A DNA stretch of 64,000 nucleotides from Minisyncoccota bacterium (GTDB taxonomy: Bacteria > Patescibacteriota > Minisyncoccia > Phycocordibacterales > UBA1006): contig JAQVEZ010000001.1 of assembly GCA_028697455.1 (NCBI GenBank), forward strand, positions 67,902-131,901, in the 5' to 3' direction. The position numbers and the translations under genes are program-made. Positions 18,787 to 28,083 of this stretch are shown here, piece by piece. The first letter of the stretch is position 1; every line of letters starts with the position of its first letter. The notes below the pieces were generated by a model. It worked only from the letters and a program-made list of their open reading frames with translations, searched no databases and was not told the origin of the DNA.

Positions 18787-19872
18787 CTAACCAATAAGGA
18801 CAAAAATAATTCCTGAAGCTGAACAAATAACTGAAAACACCCAATAGCGCATGGTAATTTTTTCCCTGCTCCACCCTATTGCTTCAAGATGGTGATGCAG
18901 AGGTGCAACCTTAAAGATTTTTTTATGAAAGAGTCTTCGTGAAATAATTTGAGCAAGTGAAGAGAAGGCCGTTATTACAAGAGGAAAACCTAAGACAAGA
19001 AACTCAAAAACAGTATCCGTTAAAAAGATAAGAACGGCTAATGAGAGCGTGAGTGCAAGAATTCCCGTTTCTCCGAGATAGAATCGTGCGGGAGGAATAT
19101 TAAACCAAAGAAAAGCAAGCAAGGCCCCCATAACAGCAAAAGAAAACGCAGCAATGTCAAATTGTCCTTGAAGCATTCCAATAACCCCATAACTTCCAAA
19201 AATAGATGCCATAACTCCCCCAGCAAGCCCATCTATTCCATCGATAACACTACTTGAGAAAAGAGCTAAAATAACAACAATAACAAAAGGAATAAAAAAT
19301 ATTCCAAGATGAATATCCCCAAGCTGAAAAGGCAGAGCAAGCGATTCGTGTCCAAGTTTGTAATAAAACCAAGATCCAACAAGAAAGCCGAGGATACTTA
19401 CAAGAAGTATTCGTATTCTTCTCGGAATTCCAACGGTGAGTTGGTATTGACCACCAAAGATTTGCAAAAGATCGTCTGCAAGCCCAAGGAGTGCTCCCAA
19501 AATCATACAAAGGAACGGAATGAGTGTTTGGTTTCGTGAGAGAAAATTAAGATATCCTTCAGGAATATAGCCAACGGAAAAATGCGATAAGGCTATTGAT
19601 CCTGCAAGGGCAAAAATAACAGAAACCCAGACAATAATTCCCCCAACTCGAGGAGTTTTTATTTCGTCTTCTGCATTGTGTATTTGCACAAACTCTTGAT
19701 TCATCTCAAGATCCCCTTTGGTATGGTTTTCATTCGAACTCCGAGAAGATCTTTTCCAGAGTCTATATTTATAAAATAAATCAGAAAAGAAGGGCGTAAT
19801 AAGAATCCCTGACATAAAAGCTACCACTGAGGGTAGGAATATCTTTATAGCAATTGCAACGTTATGTACCAT
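18787..19872 (-). CDS. mraY: Phospho-N-acetylmuramoyl-pentapeptide transferase
   Basis: TPRVGG, ADD, DGIDGLA, FNIPPA.FYLGETG, APLHHHLE. Confidence 0.93.
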   Translation of the reverse strand: MVHNVAIAIKIFLPSVVAFMSGILITPFFSDLFYKYRLWKRSSRSSNENHTKGDLEMNQEFVQIHNAEDEIKTPRVGGIIVWVSVIFALAGSIALSHFSVGYIPEGYLNFLSRNQTLIPFLCMILGALLGLADDLLQIFGGQYQLTVGIPRRIRILLVSILGFLVGSWFYYKLGHESLALPFQLGDIHLGIFFIPFVIVVILALFSSSVIDGIDGLAGGVMASIFGSYGVIGMLQGQFDIAAFSFAVMGALLAFLWFNIPPARFYLGETGILALTLSLAVLIFLTDTVFEFLVLGFPLVITAFSSLAQIISRRLFHKKIFKVAPLHHHLEAIGWSREKITMRYWVFSVICSASGIIFVLIG

Positions 19873-19880
19873 AGAATAAT

Positions 19881-20435
19881 TTAGAGATTAGCTTCTTTTT
19901 CTCGAATAAATTCATCTTGAATACTTTCAAGATTTTTCTTTGCTTCATTATACCCTGGGAGATCTGAATATCGTTCTATACCAAGGAAGGAAAAGAAATT
20001 ATGCGTTGGAATATAGAGAGGAGATCTTTTGTCTTCGGGATTTGCTTTTTTTTCAATGAGTCCACGGATAAGAAGATTTCTAAGAATAAAAACCGAATTA
20101 ACTCCTCGAATATAGTCTATTTCAGATTTGGTAACCCCGTCTTTGTAAGCAATGATAGAAAGGGTCTCGAGAGCCTGTTTGCTCAGTTCTTTTTCGTCTT
20201 TATTTTTTTTGATATCTTGAATAAGGGATGCAAAATCACGATGAGTAACAAGAGCAATAGAATCAGCTGTTGTGATAAGCTGGATCCCCCTTCCTTCATA
20301 AAAAGAACTCATATGCTCTATTGTTTCTAAAATATCTTTCTCAGAAATAGAAAGTTTTTTTGAAAGCCAGTTAATACTGAGTGGTTCGTTTTTATAAAAA
20401 AGTAAAGTTTCAATTTTTCGTTCAAGATCATTCAT
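19881..20435 (-). CDS. scpB: SMC-Scp complex subunit ScpB
   Basis: LSKQALETLSIIAY...T..EIDYIRGVNS. Confidence 0.93.
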   Translation of the reverse strand: MNDLERKIETLLFYKNEPLSINWLSKKLSISEKDILETIEHMSSFYEGRGIQLITTADSIALVTHRDFASLIQDIKKNKDEKELSKQALETLSIIAYKDGVTKSEIDYIRGVNSVFILRNLLIRGLIEKKANPEDKRSPLYIPTHNFFSFLGIERYSDLPGYNEAKKNLESIQDEFIREKEANL

Positions 20436-21163
20436 AGTGAGTTAATAGAGATAGGACTAAAGTTGTTTTCTTGCTCAACACCAACCTCTCCTTTTTTGGC
20501 GAGTTCGAGAATAGCAAGAAAACCAACAATATAATAACTTTGTTCTTCTTCTGGAGAATGTTTCTGCTCTGTTAAGAATGAGCTAACAAATTCATTAAAA
20601 GAAAGTGTATGAGCACCACTAACTCTCTTGATCAGTGATTTCATAATATCTTCGATATGGATAATTATTTTGAGACTCGCTTCTTTTTTGGTTGGAAGGT
20701 TTTCGGGTATTGATTGTAAGAGTTTATTGAGGAGCTCGAGGAGTTCTTCTTTCTCAAGAGATGCTGGTGGAGAAAAGCTTATTTCCTTTTTTCTCATTTG
20801 AGCGAAATAAAAAGTCTGCACTGGCCTGATTGTTTCCTTGAGACCAAGGCTTAACGCTCGGTATATCTTAAGAAGTTCGAGTCTCTTTTTGAGAAGCTCA
20901 ATATCCCCTTCTTCTTCTGAGGAAAGGTCAAGTGTTGGGAGAAGAGATTTTGACTTTATGAGCGTGAGCGTTGAGGCGACAAAAATAAAATGAGTCTTTT
21001 CATTGAGAGATATTTCATCAAGACTTTGTAAAAACGAAAGGTATTCCTCAGCAATGAATGCAAGGGAGACATCATTGATAGGCATTTTTCTCTTTTCTAT
21101 CATTTGAAGCAAGAGATCGATAGGACCTTCAAAATTTTCTATACTCAGGGTAAATGAGGACAT
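20432..21163 (-). CDS. scpA: Segregation and condensation protein A
   Basis: FEGPIDLLL, IKSKSLLP, FLAILELAK.G...Q...F. Confidence 0.93.
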   Translation of the reverse strand: MSSFTLSIENFEGPIDLLLQMIEKRKMPINDVSLAFIAEEYLSFLQSLDEISLNEKTHFIFVASTLTLIKSKSLLPTLDLSSEEEGDIELLKKRLELLKIYRALSLGLKETIRPVQTFYFAQMRKKEISFSPPASLEKEELLELLNKLLQSIPENLPTKKEASLKIIIHIEDIMKSLIKRVSGAHTLSFNEFVSSFLTEQKHSPEEEQSYYIVGFLAILELAKKGEVGVEQENNFSPISINSL

Positions 21164-21246
21164 ACAAAGTCTATTTTATCAGGTTTTGAGGAAAGAAAAA
21201 ACCACCTTTTTACAGATGGTTTTGTTCTGTGCTAAAGACGGGAGAT

Positions 21247-21528
21247 TCACCAGAGAGTGACTTTAGGAATACTCTTAATCCATCCAACCCCTTTCTGGAT
21301 ATTGAGAAAACCCTTGAAACAAGCATCTCGGTGCGGCATTGTGAGACCATTTGGGGTAATGATTTCCATGAGACCTGCTTGGAATAGAAATCTTTTTCCA
21401 GACCCGTCTTCCCTCGCTAACGAGATAAGATGAAGATTATAAGAGTATCCATTTTCTCCTACCATCTTTATCGATTCTCCATTGGCAAATTTACCGAGGA
21501 GACTTAGGCGTTCCTCTTCCGTTTTCAC
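21247..21528 (-). CDS. Hypothetical protein (start uncertain)
   Basis: 93-aa ORF; frame stays open upstream to about 21590. Confidence 0.5.
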   Translation of the reverse strand: MKTEEERLSLLGKFANGESIKMVGENGYSYNLHLISLAREDGSGKRFLFQAGLMEIITPNGLTMPHRDACFKGFLNIQKGVGWIKSIPKVTLW

Positions 21529-21580
21529 TTGTTGATATGTAAAAACAAAACCCTTCGTTTTCAGAAGAGTTTTTAGGTTT

Positions 21581-21748
21581 TTATTTTTTTTCTAACAACG
21601 ACACCAAAATTATGCCTAATATGTAGAGCATAACAGTAATGAGAAAAGTATCTAAAGATATTTCCTTTTTGATGTAGCCCCAACCGGCACCTACTACTAT
21701 TACAATAAGAACTGCGGTAAGTGTGTTACTCATTGTTTTTTTCACCAT
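21581..21748 (-). CDS. Small 2-TM membrane protein (55 aa)
   Basis: MVKKTMSNTLTAVLIVIVVGAGWGYIKKEISLDTFLITVMLYILGIILVSLLEKK; below the ORF-track cutoff. Confidence 0.6.
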   Translation of the reverse strand: MVKKTMSNTLTAVLIVIVVGAGWGYIKKEISLDTFLITVMLYILGIILVSLLEKK

Positions 21749-21839
21749 TTGTTTTTTTTGATTTTCTTGATAAGATAATGCACTATTCTAATTTGTTTGT
21801 CAAATCATTACGAATAAAAATAAAACCTCTAAACAGGTT

Positions 21840-23261
21840 TTATTTTTTAGGTAATTCCTTGAGACTGAGATTAAGCTCATCAAGTTGCTCTTTGGCAATA
21901 AAGGACGGTGAATCCATCATAGGATCTCTCCCCTCTCCATTCTTTGGAAAGGCAATGAGCTCTCGAATGGTTTTTTCGTTTTGGAGAATCATCATTAACC
22001 GATCAAATCCCCACGCGATTCCTCCGTGCGGTGGTGTTCCAGAACCAAGGGCCTTGAGCATGTGCCCAAAATTTGCTTCTATTTTTTTGTCACTATGTCC
22101 AAGAATTTGTAAAATTGATTTCAAAATCTCAGGATCATGAGCTCGAATTGAGCCTCCTCCGATTTCATATCCATTCAACACGATGTCGTATTGAGCTGCG
22201 ATAATATCTGCAATATTGGTCTTGTTTTTGATATTTTCAATGTGTTCTGGTTTAGATAATGAAAACGGATTGTGAGTAAAGGTCCATTCTCCTATTGCTT
22301 GAGGGTCATCAGAAGTTGCTGTCTTTTCAAAAAATGGGAAATCCACAACCCAACAAAAGGCAAGGAGATTGGGATCATCTTTGTCTTCACGAATATCAGG
22401 ACGGTCACTTCCATATTTTTCCATAGCCTCAGCATATGGAATACGTGGAAATGGAATTTGTTGGATACGTTTTTCTGGATAGAGTTTGCGTACGATATTA
22501 ATCAACATATTTTCATTGAGCTCCATAATGTCATCCTCATTCACGAAAGACATTTCCATATCCAATTGAGTAAATTCTGGCTGACGATCTCCTCGTAAAT
22601 CCTCATCTCGCATACAGCGAGCAAATTGGAAATAACGTTCCATTCCTCCAGCCATCAAGAGCTGTTTATATTGTTGTGGGGACTGTGGCAGTGCGTAAAA
22701 TTGATGAGGTGAGAGTCGTGCTGGAACAACATAATCTCGTGCTCCTTCTGGGGTTGATTTTGTCAAAATTGGCGTTTCGATTTCGAGAAAGCCTTGATCG
22801 TCCAAATAATCACGACACAATTTTGCAACACGATGACGCATCATGATATTGTTGTGCATTCGCTCGGTTCGCAGATCAAGGTAGCGGTTTTTGATACGAA
22901 CTTCTTCATTAATATCTACTGTTGATTCAGTGATTTCAAAGACTGGAGTTTCTGCTTTGTTCAAAATTTCAATACCGGTAATTTCTATTTCTACATTACC
23001 ATTTTGAACGCCTTCTTTGACCATTTTTTCGGGTCTCTGGTTTACTATTCCGGTTATGGCTACCACCCATTCTGGTCGCAAGGTTTTTGCAATTTCAAGA
23101 ACGTCTGGTTTTCCAAAAACAACTCCTTGAACTTTTCCTGTGGCATCACGAAAATCAAAGAACGCCATTTTCCCTTGATCTCGAGCTACATCAACCCACC
23201 CCTCAATACGAATCGTTTCGGTGATATGTTGTGCTATGTTTTTTATTAATGTTCGTTTCAT
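21840..23261 (-). CDS. aspS: Aspartate--tRNA ligase, compact form lacking the GAD insertion
   Basis: RYLDLR, TPEGARDY, ALPQSPQQYKQLLM, RDEDLRGDRQPEFTQLD, PPHGGIAWGFDR. Confidence 0.95.
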   Translation of the reverse strand: MKRTLIKNIAQHITETIRIEGWVDVARDQGKMAFFDFRDATGKVQGVVFGKPDVLEIAKTLRPEWVVAITGIVNQRPEKMVKEGVQNGNVEIEITGIEILNKAETPVFEITESTVDINEEVRIKNRYLDLRTERMHNNIMMRHRVAKLCRDYLDDQGFLEIETPILTKSTPEGARDYVVPARLSPHQFYALPQSPQQYKQLLMAGGMERYFQFARCMRDEDLRGDRQPEFTQLDMEMSFVNEDDIMELNENMLINIVRKLYPEKRIQQIPFPRIPYAEAMEKYGSDRPDIREDKDDPNLLAFCWVVDFPFFEKTATSDDPQAIGEWTFTHNPFSLSKPEHIENIKNKTNIADIIAAQYDIVLNGYEIGGGSIRAHDPEILKSILQILGHSDKKIEANFGHMLKALGSGTPPHGGIAWGFDRLMMILQNEKTIRELIAFPKNGEGRDPMMDSPSFIAKEQLDELNLSLKELPKK

Positions 23262-23276
23262 ATATTGTTTTAATTA

Positions 23277-24167
23277 TTAATCTTCAATGAAAAAATCTTC
23301 ATCAATTTCTTTTATAGAAAAAGTTTCCTTAATTTGAACTCCTAAATTATATTTAATCATTAGGTCTACTAATTTATCACCATTGATTAATATAATTTTA
23401 TGATTTCTTGCATCCCTTACTTTTTCTAAGGCTGCCTTATCAAAATCTGAAGTAGTAACAAAAATTCCTTTTGAGACATCACCAGACATTGCTCCAATAA
23501 AATTACGGATTTCTTTTTCTCCCACAAGGTTTGCTGTATATCTTTTTGCCTGAGTATAAATTCTCTCAACCCCTAAAGCATCTTGATTGATAATCCCATC
23601 AATTCCACCATCCCCAGATTTTTTTGTTTCTTGAAAATCTCCATAACCCATTTTTTGAAAAAGTTTTAAAATTATCTTTTCAAAATAATATGGATTTGAA
23701 ACTTTTAATTTTTCCAATAATTCAATTTTTAAATTCTCTTCAATATCAGCATATCCAACTTCAATCATTTCTTGAGATGACAAATCAGTGACTTTTATAT
23801 TTTCGTTATTTTCAGATTTTTTATTTTTTTGATATTTTTGAAAATCGAAATCATTTTGTATATATTCTTTTGTTAAATTTATCCCCTCCTTAAGAATATT
23901 TAATCCTTTATCGGTAATTTTTACATATCCTCTTTCTGGATAATCAACCATTTTTGCTACACGTAATTTTGATTTTGCGAAATGAATACGATTAAGTAAT
24001 GTATTGTCACCATTTTTTGGATTAACTCTATTTAAAACTTCTTCTGGCAAATGTGAATAAAAAGTATCTCTTACTTTTTCTTCAAGGTCTTTTCTGTGTA
24101 AAGTTTCTCCATTACTCAAAATCTTAAGTACTGGGATATATATTTCGTGGTATTTTGGCATTTCCAT
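23277..24167 (-). CDS. mrr: Mrr-family type IV restriction endonuclease
   Basis: N-terminal wHTH (PKYHE...NRIHFAKS.L) and catalytic SGDGGIDG...QAKRY...GIFVTTSDF...LINGD. Confidence 0.92.
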   Translation of the reverse strand: MEMPKYHEIYIPVLKILSNGETLHRKDLEEKVRDTFYSHLPEEVLNRVNPKNGDNTLLNRIHFAKSKLRVAKMVDYPERGYVKITDKGLNILKEGINLTKEYIQNDFDFQKYQKNKKSENNENIKVTDLSSQEMIEVGYADIEENLKIELLEKLKVSNPYYFEKIILKLFQKMGYGDFQETKKSGDGGIDGIINQDALGVERIYTQAKRYTANLVGEKEIRNFIGAMSGDVSKGIFVTTSDFDKAALEKVRDARNHKIILINGDKLVDLMIKYNLGVQIKETFSIKEIDEDFFIED

Positions 24168-24189
24168 AATATTTTTATATTCTATTTGC

Positions 24190-24360
24190 AAACAAAAAAT
24201 CGTCCGCAATCGATTAACTTATAATCTCTTGCAGGGACGATTTTGGATAACCGCGGTGCCACCCTGATTCCTGATGTGTATCAAGCGCTCTTTATTATTA
24301 GTCCAAAAATATCCTTAGACTTAATTTTTCACCTCAGCTGTGTCAAAGCGTCGTTGGTAC
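24190..24360 (-). promoter_or_regulatory. T-box riboswitch (Asp), ultrashort stem I, transcriptional attenuator
   Basis: AGGG-UGGCACC-GCG...CGU-CCCU antiterminator; K-turn stem with a GAC loop; overlapping terminator with U-tract. Confidence 0.88.
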
Positions 24361-24405
24361 ATAAAATATAACAAAAATAAGCAAAAAAGAAAAGATAGCA
24401 AAAAG

Positions 24406-24615
24406 CTATCTTTCTTTATAATTTTTATACATATCGGAGTTATCATTTCCAGAATAGAGATCATCAACTTCTTCCTTTGTTAAACCGAAACCATCAACGT
24501 CTTTTGGCTTCTCTGTGCCTGTTGGCTTTTGTTCTTGTTCTTGCTTTGGAGAAGAATTTTTACTTTCTGAATCCTTTTTTACTCTTTCTTCTTTTTGTGG
24601 TTTAAAATTTTCCAT
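24406..24615 (-). CDS. Small hydrophilic hypothetical protein
   Basis: 69-aa ATG ORF, low complexity. Confidence 0.55.
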   Translation of the reverse strand: MENFKPQKEERVKKDSESKNSSPKQEQEQKPTGTEKPKDVDGFGLTKEEVDDLYSGNDNSDMYKNYKER

Positions 24616-24672
24616 AATAATATTGTTTCTTATTTAATTTATTATAAATCATTTTTTAAATTAAAAAAGTGG

Positions 24673-25152
24673 CTATATGCCACTTTCTCTTTTTTCCAGC
24701 TCTTCTCTTATAAGACTCGCTACTTCGTAATCCTCATCCTCGAGTACTTTTTGAAGCTTGGTCTGAAGTTTCTTTTTGGAATAATAAGGAATGTCTTTTG
24801 CTTCAAATAGAGCCTCGGTATCAATGATTAAAAAGTTGTGGGTAGAAAGTTTTATAAACCCAGGGTGATCCTCAAGAGAATCATACATCTCATCAAAGAG
24901 TATTACTTCGTACTCTTCAAAGTAATCCCCAAAATCAAAAAAGTATGTCCCTTCTTCTCCGAGTTCTGCTGTGCCCAAATATGCCTCTTCTAAAAAATCA
25001 CCTTTGTTTTCTGAAACAAGAAGAAATTTTGGAATAAAAATATTCTTGAGCGTAATGATGATACTCTGAACATCAAAAAAGACTTTTGAACCTTGCTGTA
25101 TTCCGCCAAGAGTATTCTCGGGGAAAAAACCTTGAATTTTTATAGTGCTCAT
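24673..25152 (-). CDS. Hypothetical protein with C-terminal UVR (UvrB/UvrC) motif
   Basis: LQKVLEDEDYEVASLIREEL. Confidence 0.75.
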   Translation of the reverse strand: MSTIKIQGFFPENTLGGIQQGSKVFFDVQSIIITLKNIFIPKFLLVSENKGDFLEEAYLGTAELGEEGTYFFDFGDYFEEYEVILFDEMYDSLEDHPGFIKLSTHNFLIIDTEALFEAKDIPYYSKKKLQTKLQKVLEDEDYEVASLIREELEKRESGI

Positions 25153-25209
25153 GATTAGATTGTATTTTTATATAAAAATAGCATAAAAATTCAATTTAAA
25201 AAAGCAGGT

Positions 25210-25701
25210 CTAATGACCCGCTCTGTTTTTTTTGAGTTTTTTAAGTTCATCCCTCACCATCGCTGCATAATCATAGTCTTCGTCTTGCAGGGCTTTCTCA
25301 AGGTCGTGCTCAAGGGTTTCAATTTCTTTTTCTTCAATTCTCGCCTCGTGATAGTATTGGATCTCATATTCTTTTCTTGGGACAGTGATATACATCCCAG
25401 ATCTGAAGAGTTTTGGTTCAATATCTTCAGTAAAGATAGGTTGATAACCTAATTTTTCAATTCCTTCAAAAAAGACACTAAACGAACCCGAACTATCTTT
25501 TGTTACGGCAATGGTTGCTGGAGCCCCTTCAAAAGTTTGGTAAAGTGCTTCAGGTGAAGTAAATACCCCAAGATATCTTGGTATGAAGATATTATTGTTT
25601 GTGATAATAACATGACTATACAAACAATACCTTGTAGTATTTGCCTCCATTGTTTCGAGGGTCTCTCCTGTATACCATCCTTTTATTGTTAGCATTTTCA
25701 A
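25210..25701 (-). CDS. Hypothetical protein with C-terminal UVR motif, paralog of the adjacent gene
   Basis: LEKALQDEDYDYAAMVRDELKKL. Confidence 0.75.
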   Translation of the reverse strand: MKMLTIKGWYTGETLETMEANTTRYCLYSHVIITNNNIFIPRYLGVFTSPEALYQTFEGAPATIAVTKDSSGSFSVFFEGIEKLGYQPIFTEDIEPKLFRSGMYITVPRKEYEIQYYHEARIEEKEIETLEHDLEKALQDEDYDYAAMVRDELKKLKKNRAGH

Positions 25702-25768
25702 TTTAGTTTTTTTGTATTATATAACGTATTTAAAAAAAATAAAGAGGTTTCTCTTTATTTTTTAGTTT

Positions 25769-26158
25769 TTATTTATTTCTTTTTCTAAAAATAGCAAGGA
25801 GAATTCCTCCGACCACAAGGGCAGAAAGAGCGTCTATAATGTTTTGTTGGTGTCGGTTCTTGAATTGATACCTTTGTTGTTCTCTATTTCGTTTGATACA
25901 GCTTTGAATTTCTTCTGGGTTTTGTTCCACGATCTCCCCTGCCCTTTCGGTTTCTGATAATGGTTGAGGAGTTAGTTTACTATAAGGATAGACACACTCT
26001 TGTTCTGTGAAATAGGAATAAGGATCTTCTTGGAAGAAAGCAAGCTTGAGCGATGAACTTATGAGCATAATTCCTCCTACGGAAGAGATGATAATTCCTG
26101 CTGCAAAAGCAAGGATGGGAATGAGTCGAGTAATCCAGTGAGTTGTGTTTTCTGACAT
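25769..26158 (-). CDS. Hypothetical 2-TM membrane protein
   Basis: TM - extracytoplasmic loop with two Cys - TM. Confidence 0.7.
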   Translation of the reverse strand: MSENTTHWITRLIPILAFAAGIIISSVGGIMLISSSLKLAFFQEDPYSYFTEQECVYPYSKLTPQPLSETERAGEIVEQNPEEIQSCIKRNREQQRYQFKNRHQQNIIDALSALVVGGILLAIFRKRNK

Positions 26159-26185
26159 ATATTTCTTTGATGAATTTTTAATAAA

Positions 26186-27160
26186 TTAAAGTCCTACTTT
26201 TTCTCTTACTTCTTTCATCTTTGCGCGGACAATGGCTTGTATCTTTTGTCTCCCTTCATCCAAGATTTGGCGAACGATTCCTGGGTTTTCTTCATAATAT
26301 TTTCTTTTCTCACGCATTGGGGTGATAAAAGCAAGATAATTTTCCAAAAGCATTTTTTTAGAATCTCCGTATCCAAGACCTCCCTCAAGATATCCTTTTC
26401 TGATTTCCGAAAGCTGAGGCTCTGGGGTTATCAGCTTATGAATAGCAAATACATTACATTCTTCTGGGTTTTTGGGTTCAGATGGTTCTTTGCTATCAGT
26501 TACGATACTCATGATAGCTTTCTTGATTTCAGCATCAGTTCCAAAAAGAGGAATAATGTTGCCATATGATTTTGACATTTTTTGCCCATCCGTTCCTGGA
26601 ATAATGGCAAGTTCTTCTCTGATAGCTTCGGTTGGTTCCTTGAAAGTTTCTCCGTATTGGGCGTTGAATTTTCTCACAAGTTCACGTGTCATTTCAACAT
26701 GTTGCACCTGGTCTTTACCGACAGGAACAAGGTCTGCATTAGGGAGAACAATATCTGCAGCCATAAGTACCGGATAGTTAAAGAGCCCAACAGTTGCTTC
26801 AATTCCTTTTGTTGTCCTGTCTTTGAAAGCATGAGCTCGCTCAAGCCATGGCATTGTTACAAGACAGTCAAATATCCACATGAGTTCAGTGACTTCTGGA
26901 ATATCAGATTGTTTGTAGAGGATTACCTTTTCTGGATCAAGTCCAATAGCGAGATAGTCCAAAATTAAATCATAACTTTGTTCACGAAGTGTTTTCCCGC
27001 TGGTGACTGTCGTAAGAGCATGATAATCAGCCACAAAAACATAGAGATTAAAGGTATCTTGCATATTCACAAATTCACGCATTGCTCCAAAGTAATTTCC
27101 AATATGTGGGCGCCCTGTAGGCTTGATAGCTGAAAGTGCTGTTTTCTTCTTTTCATTCAT
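26186..27160 (-). CDS. trpS: Tryptophan--tRNA ligase
   Basis: PTG.PHIGNYFGA, YPVLMAADI, VPVGKDQ.QH, KMSKS. Confidence 0.96.
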   Translation of the reverse strand: MNEKKKTALSAIKPTGRPHIGNYFGAMREFVNMQDTFNLYVFVADYHALTTVTSGKTLREQSYDLILDYLAIGLDPEKVILYKQSDIPEVTELMWIFDCLVTMPWLERAHAFKDRTTKGIEATVGLFNYPVLMAADIVLPNADLVPVGKDQVQHVEMTRELVRKFNAQYGETFKEPTEAIREELAIIPGTDGQKMSKSYGNIIPLFGTDAEIKKAIMSIVTDSKEPSEPKNPEECNVFAIHKLITPEPQLSEIRKGYLEGGLGYGDSKKMLLENYLAFITPMREKRKYYEENPGIVRQILDEGRQKIQAIVRAKMKEVREKVGL

Positions 27161-27215
27161 GCGAATAGTATATCACAGGGAAACAAAGAAAAAATCGGCT
27201 TCACCTGAGTCCATT

Positions 27216-27977
27216 TTATAAATTTTGTTGACGCTTCCATTCATAGAGCACCACAGCAGCAGCAACAGAAACATTAAGCGATTCAACATTATTTTCCATG
27301 GGAATCGAGAGGATATAATCTGAATGTTCTCTCGTTTTTTCACTTACCCCTTTTCCTTCCCCTCCGAGAACAAAGGCCATAGGGCTATCATGCAAAGAAT
27401 GTTTCCATAGAGGTTGAGAAAGTCCTTCTTCGTCCATATCTACAGCAGCAATCCAAAACCGAGATTTTTTGAGTTTTTCAATGCTGTGGTTGATGTTTGA
27501 CACACGCACAATAGGAACCTTTACTATCGTTCCTGCTGAGGTTTTGTAGCTAATTGCGTTGATAGGAGCTTGTCGGTCTTTGGCTACAATTACCCCCGCA
27601 ACACCAACAGCAGCAGCGGTGCGAACAAGAGCGCCAAAATTATGAATATCTTCTATGTGATCAAGAACAAGAACTGCTGGATTATCCTCAATATTGAGAG
27701 TCTCAATCCATTCATCAAAATCTTGATACTCTGCCCTTTTGATAAGTGCAATAACTCCCTGATCATTAACATCTCCTACATATTCTTTGATTTTTTGTTT
27801 TGTTACTGGATTAACAGGGATTCGGTGCTCTTTTGCTTTTTCTCGGAGATCTTTGACTCCCCCATAGAGATCTGCCATCTTGTCTGAGATAAAAATTCGT
27901 AGAATATTCTCTGGATTACGCAAGAGCTGCTCTTCTATTGGTTTTTTCCCATAGATATAAAAACTTTCTTTGTTCAT
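27216..27977 (-). CDS. rlmB: 23S rRNA (guanosine2251-2'-O)-methyltransferase, TrmH/SPOUT family
   Basis: LDHIED.HNFGALVRTA, GGEGKG, SLNVSVA. Confidence 0.85.
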   Translation of the reverse strand: MNKESFYIYGKKPIEEQLLRNPENILRIFISDKMADLYGGVKDLREKAKEHRIPVNPVTKQKIKEYVGDVNDQGVIALIKRAEYQDFDEWIETLNIEDNPAVLVLDHIEDIHNFGALVRTAAAVGVAGVIVAKDRQAPINAISYKTSAGTIVKVPIVRVSNINHSIEKLKKSRFWIAAVDMDEEGLSQPLWKHSLHDSPMAFVLGGEGKGVSEKTREHSDYILSIPMENNVESLNVSVAAAVVLYEWKRQQNL

Positions 27978-28083
27978 AGCTAGAAGTATAAGGATTTCTC
28001 AAGAAAAGTAAAAAGCCTTGTTATTTTATCAATACTCTATATGCTTAGGTTTAGATTTTTAATAAAACTAATACCAATATATT

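Noticed and set aside
27161-27215. T-box leaders upstream of trpS, and likewise gltX, leuS and lysS
   Set aside because: Each has a -10 box within about 10 nt of the ATG and no UGGNACC antiterminator.
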